This document shows positions 58,991-64,000 of a stretch of DNA of 64,000 nt, in pieces (the stretch's first letter is position 1; each line of letters begins with the position of its first letter). The stretch covers positions 16,768,001 through 16,832,000 of the forward strand of contig CP086569.2 of NCBI GenBank assembly GCA_009914755.4, read 5' to 3'. Position numbers and translations under genes: made by a program. This stretch comes from the human T2T-CHM13v2.0 reference genome, Homo sapiens. The notes beneath the pieces were generated by a model. That model was not told the origin of the DNA and did not search any database. It worked only from the letters and a program-made list of their open reading frames with translations.

Positions 58991-61789
58991 TAAATTTAAA
59001 ATATGGTTCAGTTAGACTCTCTTTTGCACCACAAGTAAACTAGATAGTTTGTTAGCCTTTCTCACTAAGTAAATAACACATTCACGTGCTTGACACAATG
59101 CAAAAATCCTGGAAGTTATTCATGTATCAACGTTAAATCCCCCAAAACACCCCAGACACACTCAAATGCCCACATGCTGTCACTTCACCCAAGCTGCTAT
59201 TATGTCTTAAAGGGAGTTCCTAGTGGTCATAGCAGGGCTGTTTTCAAGCAGCTCCAGCAGTTATCAGCATTCAACTGTTAGGAATCCCCTGCTTCACTGG
59301 GCTTACCATAGAATGTAGGATGTAAACTAAGCTCCACTTTGAAGTCTATGAGGACTGTGTGACTGCCTTCTTTCCTACTTTTCACCCTAAGTCTAACCAT
59401 GTCTCCTTCACTGTGATCCTGCAACACCAACCTTCTCTCTCTCTTTCCTGAAACCATAAAGCTAATGCATACCTCAGGGCCTCTGATTCTTCCAGCCACT
59501 GGCTAGCTATCACAGCCCTCAGATCCTCCTGGGATGCCGTCTCCTTACCACTGAGTTTCAGGTACCATCTTCAATGACTGACTGACCTAAATTTTCCTTT
59601 GGAAATTTTTCTTTGTCTCTCCTTACCTGGGTTTATTTTCTTTAACTACATTCAGCTTATCTAAAAGAGGCTTGATCACATACTTTTCTGTTCATCTCTT
59701 GCTAGATAACTCCACATTCAGTAAAATATAAGATCTGTGAAAGTATAGACGTCCTCTGTTTTCTCATCATTGTGTCCTATTACCTAGAGGATGCTTGGAG
59801 CTTGGGTAGGGACATGCAGTGAATAATTGTTGAAATAATTATTTGCTTTCCCCTAGACTCCATTTAATTGTCATTGTGCCCATTTGTATGCATAAAGCAT
59901 TTATCTAAATACACATTCAAAACATGGTATCACTCTTGTAAGTCAGTTGAATGTGTATTGAGACATCGCCTACGAAATGTAAATAAATGCTGTTTGATTC
60001 TTCAGGGTTTCCTCACGCAAGAGCTAAAGGAAAACATCTCCCCTGAAGTTTTGCTGAATAATAAGCTCTCAAAAGGCAGATTAATTGCAAAAAAATGTAT
60101 ACAAATTTTATTAACATGTATGTGGGTTCATTCAGAATGAAAACCCAATGACACAGTGAAACCGTATTTTTTTTGCTTAGGTTCAATGAAGTATGGAGAG
60201 TTGTATAGAAATAGGATTGGATAAAAAGGGTCTGATCTTATGCTGATGATCTGATGGGGGAAACCTAGCCAGGTCTATCTGTCTAGATTCTTCTTGGGAT
60301 CTCTGAGGAGCTCTCTCTTTCTTTTAGGTGTGGGGGCAGGACCCTCTCTGGAACAAGGGTCTTAGGACCTACAGTCAGGCAAGGTACATCAGGTCATTTC
60401 TTCATGGCCAATTTTTACACCAAAAGGTGGGTGTGAGTAGACTCATTTATTTAGGCTTTATGGCTGGCTGTGGGGAAAAGGGATTCTGGTTTCCAGAGCA
60501 TGCCTTGAGGAAGAGGGATTAAGGTTTCAATGGCACCTCAGGAGAGAATGGAACTGAGAGACAGGAGGGCAGGAGAAAAACTTTTGCTTTTGCAGCTGTT
60601 GCTGAGGTCTGCGTGTAGGGGTATTGTTTGCTGATCCCTAGACACTCATTAAGTGGCTAGTCTGTTCATGTGAACCATTCTCATGTTGTAGCCTAAATCA
60701 TGGTGGAGCTACAGTAATTAATAAGTCACTCAACCTAAGTTGCAATCATCATTTTCCCCCTCTAAGTTAAACTGAGTTTCAAGATTTGCTTTTTAGAAAT
60801 GGTGCATAGAATTTCATTAAAACAGAACTATTTTACCAGTAGGGTGTTATTTGAACTTCCATCATTAGAATTGATACTAGATAATTGCATCACACTGACA
60901 TCCAAGTGTTCAAAAAGGTAAAAGACATAGGATTGTACTCCTTGAGTGTGCAGTTACTGGGGACATACATTTGCATAAGCTATTACAGAGATTCCTTTGT
61001 GGTGGAAATTAACTTGCAATTTTTTTCAATGACTATTTCATCTGCTAAGGTGTCAAATCTCTTTTTATTCTCTGCATGCTACAAGTAAGTAGAGCAGGCC
61101 TGGTGTGATTCCTTCACTTATGGTGGGCAGTTAGCAGCCTGTCCAGTTTCACATACCCAATAAAAAGCGTCAGCCTGGAGGTGGATCAATAACTAATTTA
61201 ACCTCACACCTAATTCTTTTAATGATGTATCAATCACAGCCCCTTAAAACACCTGTATCAGATGAAAATCTACAGCTGCAGATTGAATTTAATTAATTTA
61301 TGCAGCATTCATTTTACCTTAATGAACACCCCTCTACGTGGCCTGAATGCTTACGAGTATACATAAATTGCAGTTCCAATTTTCTCTGTCCATGAAAAGT
61401 AAAGACAAGCAAAACAAAGTAAAAAATAATTATCCAACTGTTAATGATAGGTGATGTTTTCTTTTAATCATGGGATGGAGGTGGGAAAAGAAAAGCAGGA
61501 AGAAAACTTCAAAAAAACACCTGAATAGATGTAATCACCTGTGTTAATCAATGTGTGAGACATTTTAAATATTTTACCAGATGTGGTCTTCGAGAAAAGT
61601 CTGTGAAGAGGGAAATAGATTCTTACATAGGGAAAGTGGTTTCTACCCAAGATGACTTGGTTTGGAATGGATCACTTTTTCTTTCCATTATGCTGTAATG
61701 CTACCCTTTGAAGCTGATGGCTGGCCTGATTAAACCCACCAAATGTCACCTGTGTTGCTTACTTATAACTGCCTATGTCTAGTTAGTCT

Positions 61790-62810
<1,021 letters not shown>

Positions 62811-63054
62811 TATAGCATGTTTACTGTAGGGAGCAAACGTCTTTTACTTTAGTGCATTGGCGTTTACTCTGTGGGGTCAATGTTATCCTTTTTGAGGAGA
62901 GAGAGGATCAAGAAAAATAACTAATGGGTACTCATCTTAGGAACTGGGTGATAAAGTAATCTATATAACACACCTCCATGACAAATGATTACCTATGTCA
63001 TGAACCTGCACATTTACCCTTGAACTTAAAATAACTTAAAAAAAAAAATATGTG

Positions 63055-63458
<404 letters not shown>

Positions 63459-64000
63459 TTACAACCTCATAGTATAGAATTGCATCAGGGAATTAAAATA
63501 AATGAACTAGAATCCGTATGTATTAACATGAAAATAAATAGTGAAATGTCTTGTCAGGGAAAAAAGAATCCTTGAATGAAAAAAAAAAGTCTGTAAAAAG
63601 GTTGGAGACATTATGGTTTTGTTAATGGCATGTTTTAGCTTTAAGGGCATCCATTGACTATCTGCCATGAAAGATGAAACACTTTCTAGTGATGTCTTCC
63701 TCGCACCTACACTCTCTCCAGCTCACCAGTTTTGTTGGTTATATTGTCATTTTGAAAAAGCAAAATCTGTAACAGTTAAATCCAGTTTCCAAAATTCTTT
63801 CAATAATTTTATCTTAGAACTAAATTGGGATGGATATGTTTCACACCAGCACTCATGAGATCAAGCCTTCTGAATTTTAGAATAATTTTCCTATAATCTG
63901 TTTGAATGGATTTCAAGAGTAAGTAGTAGCTCTTCTTCAAGAAGAAACCCTGGTTGCTGTCACATGTCTTCATACTTCAAGGACAGTTGTGAAGAATATA

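Overview
This window is primate (human-type) genomic DNA, not a prokaryotic locus: it is full of Alu SINEs, L1 LINEs, MaLR LTRs and microsatellites, and I recognise no convincing protein-coding exons. Its main feature is a large, nearly perfect palindrome. Two ~8.72 kb arms (13322-22043 and 34685-43409) lie in inverted orientation around a ~12.64 kb unique spacer (22044-34684). The arm copies appear >99.9% identical outside microsatellite tracts, and each carries the same AluY insertion with the same target-site duplication and the same C-interrupted poly-A pattern. These dimensions match what I recall for human Y-chromosome palindrome P7, which has no annotated genes; this is a hypothesis to confirm by alignment. 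The spacer holds a full-length but ORF-broken L1PA element with a perfect 18-bp target-site duplication. About 3.4 kb away it also holds a second, inverted L1 3' fragment, which makes a nested smaller inverted repeat. The remaining sequence is ordinary interspersed repeats and STRs. All coordinates are from manual reading and are approximate to a few bp.
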